Source of the DNA: the human T2T-CHM13v2.0 reference genome, Homo sapiens
NCBI RefSeq assembly: GCF_009914755.1
Contig: NC_060926.1
Reading direction: 5' to 3' (one strand)
DNA length: 64,000 bases
The translations under genes were made by a program, and so were the position numbers. This document shows, piece after piece, positions 1 through 14,876 of the stretch (the first letter of the stretch is position 1; every line of letters begins with the position of its first letter). The notes under the pieces are model-generated. The model made no database searches, had not been told where the DNA came from, and saw nothing but the letters and a program-made list of their open reading frames with translations.

Positions 1-12
1 ATTCTTACTTAC

Positions 13-68
13 TTGAAAAGCTGCAACTGGCACACTACTGACTCTGAATGTCACATTCAACATTTCAC
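13..68 (-). pseudogene. Exon, first half of an Ig domain: (G)EMLNVTFRVSSVPVAAFQ
   Basis: cccctaaag| acceptor, CAA|gtaagt donor, 56 nt, phase 1 to 0, open; joins in phase to exon 825-892 giving ...DANCYQ-G-EMLNVTFRVSSVP. Confidence 0.7.
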
Positions 69-152
69 CTTTAGGGGATTCTCAGTTGGGATGATTTGGA
101 TTTATTTGAATAAGTTCAAATCATCCCAACTTAGAATCCCCTAAAGCTGAAA
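63..152. repeat. Near-perfect inverted repeat (hairpin), 38-bp arms 69-106 and 109-146, 2-nt loop
   Basis: ctttaggggattctcagttgggatgatttggatttatt / tg / aataagttcaaatcatcccaacttagaatcccctaaag: 35 of 38 Watson-Crick pairs, 2 G-U wobbles on + RNA, 1 mismatch; 5 more pairs extend it to 63/152. Confidence 0.95.
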
Positions 153-824
153 AGTAACATTAACAGAAATTCTTTTTACACCTACACTGAAAAGGTACAA
201 TCAATGTATCAAGCTCATCAGTTTGTCATCATGTATTTGGAACATCCTATCCCCCTAGAAAGAACACAGTGATGACCTTATCAATTTTTTCACTAGCCTA
301 ATTGGAGCACAGGAAGACAGAAGTAAAGTGAAGAAGGAAAGGTAATAATATCCTTATGGAACAAAACTGGTAGACAGAAAGTATGTGTTTTTTTTTTCAC
401 ACACAGTTTCTCAACTGCTAACATTTTTCCCTTTCTTGTTGGACCTATTTAAAACAGAAATTCAGTGTTACTAAAGCAGAGAAAGTACAAGTCAATTTGG
501 CACCTGGCGGAAAGTTTTCAAAGTAAAATGCCAAGGATATCAAGAACTAGTTTTTCAAAAATTGCATAAGATGCTAGCAGCAATTGGCATAAAGTATACT
601 GCACTGGGAATACCTCTGTATAGTTTAAAGCTAAAAATGTACTCTTTACAAGTTTCCTTACATCTATACTGAGTCATTCAATGAGAAACTTATTAAACAG
701 TCTAGAAGCAATATTTCGTAAAAGAAAAAGAGTGTGGGCCTATCTCTTCTTTCAAGGGCCCTCGATGTGGGAAGTAAGTTTATAATACCAGAAGTGTCCC
801 ACTGTATCTTTTCAGAAAGCTGAC

Positions 825-892
825 CTTGGTAACAGTTTGCATCACTAATTCCATAAAGTAAAGAAGCAGGCTGCTTTACTTCACAATGTATA
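825..892 (-). pseudogene. Exon: IHCEVKQPASLLYGISDANCYQ(G), Ig G-strand/linker/A-strand
   Basis: ttttactcacag| acceptor, CAAG|gtcagc donor, 68 nt, open, phase 2 to 1. Confidence 0.7.
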
Positions 893-963
893 CTGTGAGT
901 AAAATCACATAGTTAAGACAAAGTTAACAAAAATAATTAACAGGATTTTCATAACCTACAAAC

Positions 964-1215
964 CTTGCCATTTGCAATAATCATGACTTCCAATCCAGTT
1001 GGTTTATCAAAAATGTCTTTTCCAATTTTTAGATCTTTCCTAGTTGGCAACTGGCGGTCTTTTTCTTCCATTATGTGGAAATTTCCAAACGGTGGTGGCC
1101 AGTTTTTTAACCAGTGCATAGCTGCCTCATTATTCTGTTCACTAATGCAAGAAGATTTGTTGACCAGATGTCTCTTCCTAGCTGCCAAAGGTGTACGCTG
1201 GTCCTCAGGATGAGC
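964..1215 (-). pseudogene. Exon, Ig-like: AHPEDQ...SSCISEQNNEAAMHWLKNW...IIANGK
   Basis: ttttattag| acceptor, 84 open codons (ORF 949..1188), PEDQ, C and W.KN motifs; donor AAG|gtttgt at 963 or AG|gttatg at 955. Confidence 0.65.
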
Positions 1216-1399
1216 CTAATAAAATTAAGTCTAGCAAGTGAGTCATCCATTAATACACTCCCAAGTCATGGTAGTGCACCCCAGAGTAAAATGCAAGAAG
1301 TTAAATCTTTTCACAGTGTTTGTAACATGGTAAACAAAGAATGATGGATTGGAGTGGTAAAGAAAGAGAAAAGAGTAACAGCAAACAGAACCAAAAATA

Positions 1400-1680
1400 G
1401 TAAAACATATGTCAAAGTGACAAATCATAGAAATAAGTGCAAACATAGAAAATGCATAACATTGTCTTTGTTCTAGCCATAGAATTTCTGCCAGTGAATA
1501 AAGTGATTCTTTGAAGCATTCTGTGTGCATCATAGTAAGGCTCCTTCCACCCTTGAATATATGAGTTCAGGTATTGAGAGGGGCCTGAGCTTATGATGAT
1601 CTCTTAAAATGGAAGTAAAAACAGACGTTTGCCTCATAAACAAGTGGATTTTTTAACCATTAGATTTTCACCAACTGAAG
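1400..1680 (-). pseudogene. Decayed Ig exon: SGP/IPELI/FKGGRSL...ESLYSLAEI
   Basis: Manual translation across frameshifts, partly ORF 1243..1533; boundaries approximate. Confidence 0.5.
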
Positions 1681-1884
1681 CCCTTAAAATTAAAATTAAT
1701 AGGATAGCTGCAGTTCAACCTAGCAAGCAGAAAAGAAGCAAGAAATGTAAAAGTAATAGAAAGAGGAGGAGGGGCAATCAAATATTATGTCTAGGCTAAG
1801 ATTTGACCAAAGGGGAGAGCAAGAACAGCTCCAGAATCTGTGGAATCCAGTGTAAAATAAAAATTCAAAGCCCCTTATCCAATA

Positions 1885-2160
1885 ACTAGTAAGACTCAAG
1901 ATGGCAAGAGTAGAGCATTAAAGCAAGTGAGGAGCCCTTCTAAGTGCAGCACCTTATGCCACTGCACACAGGCGAAGCCCTAGAAGAGGGCATCCTCGGT
2001 GTACACATGGCATATGTACAGGCTCGGAATCCAAAAAGAGTGAATGGAAGGAAAGAAGAATACCCCTGACAGGGAAGAATCTCAACCCCGTAGCAGATGG
2101 CAAGGAGTAACAAGATTCCAGAGGACATGAGAAAGCACACAAGGAGGTTGGTATGGCCAT
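1885..2160 (-). pseudogene. Decayed Ig exon: AFSC.../YGVEILP.../SLYICHVYTEDA.../STLAILSL
   Basis: SLYICHVYTEDA matches the I-set E-F strand motif SL.I..V..EDAG.Y; motifs are spread over three frames. Confidence 0.6.
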
Positions 2161-2291
2161 AACTTCATAGTTGCTGAAACTAGATGATGAGACTCAGTGG
2201 ATCAGAGAAAGACAGTTTGTAACTCACAGCACAGCAGATATTGGGACTGTCAGCATGGTAGCACCCATTCCTCTGCCCTCAAGGTCCCCGG

Positions 2292-2670
2292 TGTATTAGT
2301 TCATTTTATACTACTATAATAAAATGTCTGAGACTGAATAATTTTTTTAAAAAAATATTTCTCACAGTTCTGGAGGCTGGGAAGTCCCAGAACATGGCAT
2401 CAATATTTCCTTGGCATCTAGTGAGGACCTCCTTGCTGCAACATAACATGGCAGATGATATCACAGGATAAGAGGACAAGAGCCTGCCAGCTCAGGCCTC
2501 TCTTTCTCTTGTTCTGAAGCTACCATTCTCATTATGGGGCCTCCACTCTGATCACCTTATGTAATCCTAATTACCTCCCAAAGGCCCCACTTCCAAATAC
2601 CATCAACATATGAATTTGGGGATTAATTTTCTAACGTATGAATTTTGAAAGACAAATTGAAACCATAGCA
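2292..2670 (-). mobile_element. MaLR solo LTR (MST/MLT1A-like), nested in an older LTR-like sequence (about 2165-2960)
   Basis: tgtattagt...ttctcacagttctggaggctgggaagtcc...aaaccatagca termini; imperfect 5-bp TSD cccgg/cccag. Confidence 0.8.
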
Positions 2671-3303
2671 CCCAGAGTGATGGAAAGGGCCCAGATCTCA
2701 GCTGTACATGCAGTGGGTTGCACTGCAGTTGAGTAACTCAGAGGTAATGGCACAGCCAACTTTTATGGTAAGCAGTAAACAAGCCAGTCCCCCACCCCAG
2801 GTAGGGGGCAATCATATGACAGTCATGGCACGGATGTCACCCTCAACTAGCTACAGAAATGGCTAAGGATCAGAGCCATTTATCAGAGACTTAGGCCTTG
2901 TATGTAGCATATTCAGCAAAGATGTGCACTTGGGACCTTGGTGGACTGCCTCACCCAACACAAAGTAAGGGGACTGTTAAGTGCCCTTGAAAGAAGGTCT
3001 CTTGAGTGGAATGAATTGTGTCTCCAAAAAAGATGTGCAGAGGTCCTAACCTCTGGTATTTGTGAATATGACTTATTTGAAATCAGATCTTTGCAGATAT
3101 AATCAAGTGGAGATCATACTGAATTAAGATAAGCCCTTACCCAATGACGAGTATCCTTATAAGAGGAGAGTTTAGACACAGACACAAACACATATTATAT
3201 GACGATAAATACAGATATTAGAGTGATATAACTATAAATCAACAAACACTAAGGCTTGCTGGCAAATGCCAAAAGCTAGGAGAGGTAGTGAACACATTCT
3301 CGC

Positions 3304-3729
3304 TATATTAGCTTGAGCTGTCATGACAAAAATCATAGATAAGGTGGCTTAAACAACAAAAATTTATTTTCTCTCAGTTCTAGAGGTGAGGAAGTCCAAG
3401 ATCAAGGTGCCAGAAAATTCAGTTTCTGCTTAAGGGTCTTTTCCTGACTTGTAGAAAGCCACCTTCTCACAGTGTCATCACGTGGCCTTCCTTCTGCATG
3501 CATGCACACGCACACGCACGCGGGCACAAACACATGCTCAGAGAGAAAGAGAAGGAAATCAATGTTTTTCTCTTAAAAGGCCACTTGTACTATTGGATGT
3601 GGTCCCCACCCTTGTTACCTCATTTAACTATAATTATCTCCTGAAGGCCCTATCTCCAAACACAGTCACATTGGCAATTAGGGTTTCAAGATATGAATTT
3701 TGGAAAGGGACAAAATTCAGCCCGTGGCA
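3304..3729 (-). mobile_element. MLT1A/B-like LTR inserted into the 5' LTR above; contains a (CA/CACG)n tract
   Basis: ggtggcttaaacaacaaaaatttattttctctcagttctagagg...tatgaattttggaaagggacaaaattcagccc. Confidence 0.75.
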
Positions 3730-4257
3730 TTCCCTTGGCACTTCTAGAAGAAACCAGTCCTGCCAACACTTTGATTTTAGACTTCTAGCCTTCCTTCAGA
3801 ACTGTGAAATGATAAATGTTTACTGTTTTAAGCCACAGTTTCTGGTACTTTGTTACAGTAGCCGTAGGAATCAAATATGGAATTTGGTACTGGAAAGCGG
3901 AGTACTGCTGAAACAAATGTCTAAGAATGTGAAAGTGGTCTTGAAATTGGGTAATGGCTAGAAGCTGGAAAAGTTTTGAAGGACATGATAGAAAAAGCCT
4001 AGATTTTCTTGGACGAGTATGTTGCTACAAACTTGAATGCTAAAGGTGCTTTTGGCAAGAACTCAGATGGGTATGAGGGGCATGTTATTGGACACTGAAA
4101 GAAAGGAATCTTTGTTACAACGTGGCAGAGAGATTGCCTTCATTTTGATCTATTGTTGGGTGGGAAGTAGAAATTTTAAGTGCTAAAATTGGTTATTTCC
4201 CAAGGCAATTTCCAAGCAAAGTGTGGAAAGTGTGGCCTGATTTCTCCTTGCTGCTTA

Positions 4258-4611
<354 letters not shown>

Positions 4612-4995
4612 TTATTAAGCAAAAAAGAACCATACTTGAACATTTGAAAAATTCTCAGCTCATCCATATTGCAGAAAATGAGAAAGCATGCTCTGGATAA
4701 AACACCAAGGGTATGGCTGGATGCACTTTTGCTGGAGAGATGAGGCATGTGACTCATCTTAGATCCATTCAACCACCTCTGCAGAAATACTGCAGGCTTG
4801 GACTGCAGAGGACAGAGACAGTGCAAAATGAAGAAAGGCTGTGAGACTTCTGGGATTCTGCAGGTAAGAAACAGGCTAATAGAGATACCCAGCTATAAAT
4901 ATGTTATTTTTCAAGAAAAGGGGAGAATTGTACCCCAAGTGTGGCTTGAGGCTAGTGGGGCGGCTGCTGTCACCGCTGGCCCAGGTGACATAGGC

Positions 4996-5185
4996 CCAGA
5001 AAGGGCAGGGCTTTGGGGTGGGGCTATCATTAAGAGAAGAGAGGGCAGGGCTACCAAAGGAGCAGAGCATCAAGCCACACAGAATTGTTTCCAGAAAGGG
5101 CAGGGCTCTGGGATGGGACTATCATCAAGAGAAGAGAGGGCAGAGCTACCTAAGGAGCAGAGCATCAAGCCATACAGAATTGTTC
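4996..5185 (+). repeat. Tandem duplication, 2 x about 95 bp, inside MLT1-int
   Basis: ccagaaagggcagggct...gagcatcaagccacacagaattgttt repeated from 5091 with a few substitutions. Confidence 0.9.
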
Positions 5186-6371
5186 TCATGCCTGGAAAAC
5201 TAATGGAATTGGCCCTGTTAGGTTGCAATCTTTCTTTGGGCCAGTAACCCCTTCATTCCCTTTTATTTTTTCCCTTTTTGGATGAAAATGTCTATCCTAT
5301 ACCTATCATACCATTGTATTTTGGAAGCAAGTCACTTGTTTTCTAGGTTTTACAGGTCCACAAATGGAGAGGAATTTTGCCCCAGGATAGAATATACCCA
5401 GAGTCTCATCCATACCTGATTTACATAATTCAAAGGATGAGATTTGGGACTTTTTCAGCTGATTATTTTGGGATAAAATTTTAGACTTAGATTTAATGCT
5501 GGAATAGATTATGACGTTGGGGGATGCTGGAATGGGATGCCAGGTTGCAACTGAAGTGGACTTTGGAGTGATGACTTTGCAAGCCAAAGAACACCAAGTA
5601 TTGCCAGCAACTGCCAAAGAATGGAACAGATTCTCCCTCAGTGCCTCCGGAAGGAATCAATCCTGCTAACAGCTTGATTTTGGTCTTCTAACCTCAACAG
5701 CTGTGATACAATAAATTTCTGTTGTTTCAAGGCTTCCAGTTTCTGGTACTTTGTTATGGCAGCCCTAGGAAATTAATATAACTTTCTTCAATATACTCAG
5801 AAGAAGATAATAATTATTTTCCTAGTATATCGAGATGGAGAATCTTATGTTAAACTTTCTGATTACAACATTCTTACAACCCTAACATGAGTGTTTATTA
5901 GAATTCAGTTTGCCTATTTCTTCTAGAACACCCTAACCTTAATTGGTGAGTGTCTTTGTACCCTATGGATTGAATGTTTCAAGAGAAATTTGGAGCTGTG
6001 GCCAAGATCTCTTCATATCCAAATAACGGAAGGATGAGAACAATTTAGCATCTTTCACTGGTTAGGAATACTCTTGAAGGCAAGAGAAGCTCATTAGATA
6101 TGTCTCCTTCTTTGAAATAAAGGAGTTAAAAAGCACAAAGGATCAGAGCACTAGATTGTATTTAAAGTACACACTAAGTAGCCAGCCTGTTTATCCTACA
6201 TTTTCTTTTTTGTAAACTGCCACCCACATTGACAGCCTCAAATAATAGAGTTAGACCCTGTTGCCATGTTTCTATCACATTTTATCAACCTGACCACATT
6301 GGATGGAGCTAAGGTTTGGACCTCTCACCTATGAAACAAATTCTCTCTCAGGATTCTAAACTAAGACATAC

Positions 6372-6745
6372 TGAAACAGGACCAATAATCCCATAGACAG
6401 TTGTTTTTGGATAAACATAGAAATTTACCCTTCTGCTGTTAAAGCTTGAAATTTGTATTTGCTTTATGGGTTCCTTCCTCAAGAAAGGACCTTCAGGCCT
6501 CTCAAAAAAGTATCAAAAAACTGAAACTCACCAGATGCCTCCTTGCCTCCCCCTAGTTCTTGTCTTCTTACACATTGTTACATTTCTTCATAAACCCCTA
6601 GTTTTAGTCAGTCAGGGAAATGGATTTGAGACTGAGCTCCCATCTCTTTGGCTGCAGCACCCGATTAAAGTCTTCTTCCTTGGCAATACACATCATCTCA
6701 GTGACTGGCTTTCTGTGTGGCAAGCAGCAGGACCTAGACCGAAAC
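6372..6745 (+). mobile_element. ERV1-class solo LTR
   Basis: tgaaacaggacc...ttttggataaacatagaaatttacccttctg...gattaaagtcttcttccttggcaatac; subfamily not determined. Confidence 0.65.
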
Positions 6746-7157
6746 CTATATCAACTGGGAAACAGTTGGAAATAGCCTCAGGTCTAGATGTTCCCACAAA
6801 CTTAAAAGCGGGAGCAATGTATACTGATGACCAATGAGATTACACCTATGGCAAAAGGAAGGAGACTTGTGAACATGGAGGAGTTGAATAGGCAAGTTCC
6901 TTGTTTTCTGCTGGCACTCCTGCCCCCATGTCTGATTGTTCTTAATGTTCGGTTGTAGTTTCTGCCTTTGTAAACTGCAACGCACACTGACAGTCTCAGA
7001 TAATAGAGTCAGAACCTTTCTATGAAATACCTGTTTCTTTATAATAAACACACTTACACTATTCTGTGTAGAATTTCAATTTATTTTAATCGGATATCTC
7101 ATTTCCTTGATCTATAGATATGTTTCCCTAATGCAATTCAAGAAAGTATGGAATGAT

Positions 7158-7450
<293 letters not shown>

Positions 7451-7904
7451 GCCCAGAATGATGATGGTTTTAAGAAATGACTCCTCAAAAGGAGCACCAC
7501 TATAAATGGCTTTCTAGTGGTCCCTCTACTCTTGGCCACTCTGAGGCCCTTAGACTCATCAGAAGTCTAAATTAAACACCAAGAATAAGGAAATGTTCTA
7601 GTGTTAGAACTTGAAAGATGAGATGAGACACAAAGTAGAAACTCAGGACTCAGAAATTCATAATTCTATTGTCTACTGGAGTAAGAACAATTTGAAATAA
7701 ATTAAAAGTAAAGTAAAATTCATGATTTTCTGTTTTAACCAAGAATCCATTCATTTCCTTGCTTCTGGTCCCATAATATTTATAAGCATACAGTTCTCTT
7801 GGAAATTTGAGCCCTGGGTGGGATCAGTTCAGAGGGGCATAATATCTGTCTGCTTCATCACTCTTTCAGCAGAAACAATGTTTACTTTCTGCTTTTTTTC
7901 CTAG

Positions 7905-8292
<388 letters not shown>

Positions 8293-8617
8293 TATTCTGT
8301 TTTTCAAGGAGAACCCCATCCAGAAATGTTAGGAAATAAATATGCATAAATGCTTTTCCACAATGAGAGCCACAGAACAAACCTGAAAATCAAATAGTTC
8401 TATGGATCTCTACATTTGAGTCTTTGCAGTGTAAAAGCTCTAAATAAAACAAATAACTTTTTCACATCAAATCTGTATTCATCAGCCACATGCAATTAAT
8501 AGTATTATTTGACATTCTCCTGCTGTAGCTCCATCTTATGAGAAGGGCATTCATTTATCAGCTGCTTTATCAGAATAAGAGAGAGGAAAGAACCAAAGTA
8601 GAGAAATGTTTACTTAC

Positions 8618-8686
8618 CCTCACATACCATGGCTTTTGACTCTCCGAATCAAAACCATCATCCAAATAACCATACTAAAGAGTCCA
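8618..8686 (-). pseudogene. Short exon candidate (WTL*YGYLDDGFDSESQKPWYVR; frame uncertain)
   Basis: Very long polypyrimidine tract with caag| (exon start 8686) or ctttag| (8674), and a strong AGG|gtaagt donor. Confidence 0.55.
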
Positions 8687-9838
8687 CTTGAAGGAAAAAA
8701 AAAAAAAGAAACAAAAAGAAAGAGGCTTTGAGAATAAACAGTAAGTTTGTATTAAATATTTACTTTATAAAATTAGCATAAACATGAAATTGCAAAATAC
8801 TATGATACTTTTGAGATAAAAGAAGATCAATTACAGATAGTAAAGATAGAATACCTGGCCTTTTACATTTTTTTCCTAATACATCAAATTAATGCATCTT
8901 TCAAATCAAATTATGTCTGTGAGTTCCACTGTTTAACTGTTGTTCTGAAAATATAAATCCTACTGGAATGAAATAAAAGTAGGTTGGAAAATTTCAATTT
9001 CTCAAATGGTGAAAAAGAAAATAGCAGTGGAATGTAAATGAAAATTAAGAACCCACAACTCTTAATGCAGGATAACATTTAAAATTTAACTAATCCCCAA
9101 ATAGCTTTCAGAGTCATCTGACCTAAATATATTAGAACGACAGCACCTGATCTTACATTAAAATGCATTACCAAAATCCTGATATTTTGAAAAGAAAAAA
9201 AGAGATTGATATTTATCCCTTACAGTTCACACAAAGTTCATAATAATCATGGTGGTATGTGAAACATCCCTAAAGAATTAATTGTCCTTTATATTGTAGT
9301 TTGGATTTCAATGATCTTGACATGAGCATAAATCAGTCACGAGCAAATGTTATGTGCTATCAAATGCTCATTTCAGATTCTTCATCTATTTTAAGAAGTC
9401 AGTTTTTTAAAATCGCAATCTCATTTTTGTTAAATTAAACCCTCTGAAAAGGAATGGCAAGTCTCTATACATACCATTTTCTTTATGCTCTATGAAGGCT
9501 ACAGAATAAAGTTAATTCTATTTCTACAGTGAGCAAATATCAAATGAGATTTTCTGTTGTTCTTTTCTTATAATGAATTTTAATCTTTCCTGCTTCTGTT
9601 AGAATCATGAAAGAATATGAATACCTCTTTTATGTCATTTCTGTAAAACCAAAAGTAAAGAGGCAGGCTAAGAAGGCTGAGAACCCAGGAGGTCTATTGC
9701 ATTGGTGTTCCACTGTGGTCACAGCAGTTGTCTGCCTACTCCCTTCACTGCCACCCCTAAAGGCTAAGTGACAGCAACCTTGTGAATGAGGGTCTCTTTC
9801 ATTTCCTTTACCCCTTTTCAGAATAAATCAAATTCTAG

Positions 9839-10195
<357 letters not shown>

Positions 10196-10699
10196 GACAT
10201 GCTTTTTTTTTTTAATTAAGGCAGTTCTGATTCATAAAATTGATTTAGAGCTCTTCTTTGAAAAGATGTTGTTGACACACAGTTGAAGATTTAAACATTT
10301 ATCACCATAATCAAGTCCTAATTATTTTAAGAAACAACTGCAAGTCTTAACAGTAATAAAATTTTTATTTGGGGTTCCTAATTCAAGTTCATTTGCCCAG
10401 AATTTTCTGGAGGCCTGGTCTACACCACCGTGATATGGATACCGAAAGTAGTATCTAAACTACTTGGAAATTAGGCATAGCCATACACATGTAAAATCTT
10501 ATTTTGCAGCATTGGTCAGTGTTCCTATACACTGAAAGAGAAAGTAAACTTGAAGTCTTCCTGTGTATATAATTGGAATGTTGCTTTTATTCCTAAATCA
10601 TTAGTAACTGAGGAAACACAATGTATTACATATGTACAAATATAATCATGATCAGCTCAAACATCATTTCTGACTGTTTCACATTTCTATTTTATTTCC

Positions 10700-11310
10700 A
10701 AAACTCATGTATTTGAATATCTATTGTGTACCTGACTGTGGGCCAGGCACTTTCGGAGGCAAGAGATGCAATAGTAAACACGATAGATGGGTGCCCTACT
10801 ATCACAGAGCTTACAGTCTGGAGTGGAGACACTGATAATAAGAAAGTAAAAGCAAAAATAATTTCATTTTAGAAAGTGATCAGTGCTGTGAACAAAATAA
10901 AACACAGGGACATACTGGAGAATGAAGGGGTAAGAGCAGGCTAGCGGGTAGATGAAGGCATCAAAAACAGCTCTCAAAGGAGATGGCATTGAACCGAGAT
11001 TGAATAACGGGAAGTGGGCAATCATGGATTCAAAGTGTTCTAGGCAGCAAGAACAGGAAGATGGAATACATTTGGCACATTTAAGGAAGAGAAAGAAGCT
11101 TAGAGTGACTGGATATGGTGAGGGAGGGAGAGAATGGTAAGGAATGACATAAGAAACACAGCAAGGACAGAGTAGCTAGAGTCATGTAAGCCATTGTAAG
11201 GATTAGGATTTTATTCTAAGCATAAAGAGAAGCCACTGAAGAAATGTAATCAAGGGGATTACATGATCTGATTTTGTTTTTAAAATTCCATGTTGACTTC
11301 TGGAACCAGA
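10700..11310 (-). mobile_element. L2 3' fragment
   Basis: Reverse of the L2 3' end (tatttgaatatctattgtgtacc...gccaggcact) followed by purine-rich L2 body (ggattttattctaag...gaagccactgaag). Confidence 0.75.
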
Positions 11311-11329
11311 GTGGTGATTCACACCAGGA

Positions 11330-11688
11330 TGTCTGCTCTGGTGAGCTGAGTGCTAAAGGGAACTGGAAGTTCCCTGGACTGAGGTGACCTAGGACTACCT
11401 CTGCCAAGTAGACTGTGTGAGGGTCCCTCAGTCATTATGGGTGAGGTTGGCCGTAGCCTGCTTTCCAGGCTGGGGAGAGGTTTCACCTCCACTCTTCCTG
11501 TCACCTCCAGCCATGTCATTTCATGAAATAAAGTACCAACAATTGAAGGAAATCCACCAATTGGAAAGGCTGTAGCTGGACTGTAACAGAAGCTCAACTT
11601 TAACAGGCATCTATAAAATGCTGAAGAAACCCAGTGTGTACAGAGCAGAAGGATAATAAATCCTGGTTTGTAGCATTCAGCAACCAAA
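11330..11688 (-). pseudogene. Ig exon: CYKPGFIILL...AFPIGGFPSIVGTLFHEMTWLEVTGRVEVK
   Basis: ORF 11319..11687 (122 aa, non-repeat) with P.F...L and I.G.P...T(W)FHE motifs; cttag| acceptor near 11689. Confidence 0.6.
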
Positions 11689-12039
11689 CTAAGTAGCGAG
11701 TCTATTTATACTGAATGTAAATGTAAAACATAATGGAGTGTTGCCTAGCAAAGGGGAAAAATGCTTTGTCCCACACAGTATTTCTGACTGCTGCTTGGTT
11801 AGAACATAAAAATGATTGCTATTTCCTAATGAGTATTGTTTAAAAGGCACATTTTTATGGGCTTTAGTCCTGTAAATAATATTTGTAATGATCACGAATT
11901 CTCAACAAGCTGAGGCGGGAAAGGAAAACAAATCTCTAATGAAATAAGTCTATAGAGGCCAATGTTGAGAAGGGGAAAAGAAAAACAGTAATAATTATAT
12001 GTAGCAGGCTCTTACCATAGCTGTATCATTTCACCCATA

Positions 12040-12200
12040 TAAAAGCCTACCAGTGAAGGGCACTGTTATTTTAATAAAGATGAAGAAACTGAGGCCCAAA
12101 GACATTAGGAGCTTGCCCATTATCATGAAACAAGTCGGCATCAGAGCTGTCTCTATAGTCACAGCTACACCTGAGTACAGACTCTGAGTTTTTTCCATTG
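12040..12200 (-). mobile_element. MIR
   Basis: agatgaagaaactgaggcccaaagacattaggagcttgccca core. Confidence 0.75.
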
Positions 12201-12244
12201 CACCAAGCAAGGTCAAAGCCAACAATAAAGTAACTGGATATTAC

Positions 12245-12518
12245 ATTCAGAAGGAATGAAGCCAATGATCTCTGAGAAAGCTACGTACAAAATAACCTAT
12301 GTGTCCTTCCCAGTGACCTTCCATTTCCAACACTGCTGACCCTTGCTGCTACCAAGGTCTCAAGACAGGACTGCTGTAAAGGAGGCAATTTGTGTATTTG
12401 TCCCTCAACCTTCTTATTGGACCTTTTCTCTACCCAGCAATGCCTTCATGTTTCCTTTATTCTCATGTTCTTTTTGATCCCCACGATTATCAGCCGCTGC
12501 TCCCAAATTCTTCAGTCA
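12245..12518 (-). pseudogene. Decayed Ig exon: ASFTAVLS*DL../GSAVLE/WKVTGKDT*VILY
   Basis: Matches P.F...L.D..V..GS.AVLECKVTG.P...V.WY; ttcactctaaag| acceptor; stops and frameshifts. Confidence 0.65.
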
Positions 12519-13898
12519 CTTTAGAGTGAAAATGATTTATGTCAAGCAGACAAATCTAAAAGAGATATTCACGTTATGAGGATAAGATAGTTAAGTTGTT
12601 AAAATTAATCACTGTATTTTTTTTTTTTTTTTTTTTAGAAATCAGTCAGTAGATAGGGGAGCTTTAAGAGAACGAGGGCTTGTCTTAGTCCTCAAGTCAA
12701 TCTTCACAGAAGGTACTCTAGTGTGCCTGACATAGATTCGGGTCCAATAATGGCCACATCAAAGCCTACCCACCTTATCTCCTACTTTCTTCCCTCCAGA
12801 CGGACATTCCAAACATGTTTTGTCCTTTTTCATTTCTGCAATTTGCCGACTGCCATGCACCCCACCTGAAACTCACTCCTTTTCTTTATCCAAACCCTAC
12901 TCACCCTTACAACAGCTCTTGTTGAGGGCCAGCATTTTTTAAGTAATCATTTTTACTAGCATTAAATGTAAGTTCCATGTTGAAACTTTTAAAATTCAGA
13001 ATCATTTAAAGAAGAAAGTTTTTAACTCAAGGTGCTTCTATTACAGAGATAACAATTTTTAATAAGCTTTACCTTTTCCTTAAGCAGGTAAAGACCTAAT
13101 CATTCCAACTCTCTCTCAATCTCCCCCTTCCCCCACTCCTTTGAATTCCTTCAGTTTACCTACTGTAACATTCAGTTGCCCAGACACTTATTCAATTACT
13201 CCTTTAATAAATGTTTGTTCAGTCCACCTACTCTGCATCAGCATCATGCTAGATTCCACGATGGTAAACAAGACAGATATGATTTCTACCTGCGTGAAAT
13301 TTACAATTTAGTGTCTCTAATTAAGACATAACATATATAACTTCCTAATGTAATAATCCGTGCATTACAGAAGTGAGTATTTTCTCCCAAGTGAACTGAA
13401 CATCCCTGGGGTCAGAAAACACATAATGCAGTATAATCAAATACTTAGCCAGTTATTACAACGCCCTGAGGATACACAAAGGCATAAAAGCAGCCTTATG
13501 TCTTCATATCAAAAACTGGCTTTATACATATTCATCTAAGAGTTTCAATTATATAGAAAAGAGCCTTATCAATGAGACATTGTTGATTTATTAACATTCT
13601 GTTCTATTCTTTTCTATTCCATACTACTTCATTTTGATTTATAATGTATAATAACATAGTCAAATTTTTGTTTCAGGATTACAGTTTATCGTCTGTCCAA
13701 GCAGAACTTAAGTCCAGTTTTTATTAGCATAGTTTCTGATCAAAATAAAACTAAAAATTATTATCTGATCAGACACAATCAAAAGATGGGAAATTACAGT
13801 GAAATAAGTAGCATATGTTAACTCAAGAATATGTAACTATAATAACTGTGACTAACTGCATGGTATCTGGCACACGGTACATGCTAAAAAATATTTGC

Positions 13899-14206
<308 letters not shown>

Positions 14207-14568
14207 CTAGATGAGTAAGTGGTATCAAGAGATCTTGGATAAGAAAAGCAGGTGTGCAATGAAGAAGCACCAGACTGTATGTCAAGTGTCCTGGTTTCTA
14301 CTTCTTCAGATAACTTCCTTTTCCTTCAGAGGCCTTGGTCTCTTCACATCCAAAGAAGGGCTTAGATTATCCAGTATTCAGTGCTTTTATAGAAGATGTA
14401 AAGCAGTTACCGCAAGTAATATTTATTGTGACATGTTTTGTTAGACTTTTCCTAACAACTGAACATAGATAAATACACATTCCATATATGACTTCCAATC
14501 AAAAGCTGTTCCTTGCAGTTTTGTTCATAAATTAACACTCAGTATATATAGAAATATACCATATCCTA

Positions 14569-14876
<308 letters not shown>

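Noticed and set aside
8627-8686. Frame GLFSMVIWMMVLIRRVKSH suggesting a transmembrane or CNBD2-like protein
   Set aside because: The resemblance is superficial; neighbouring exons are Ig-like and this exon's true frame cannot be fixed.
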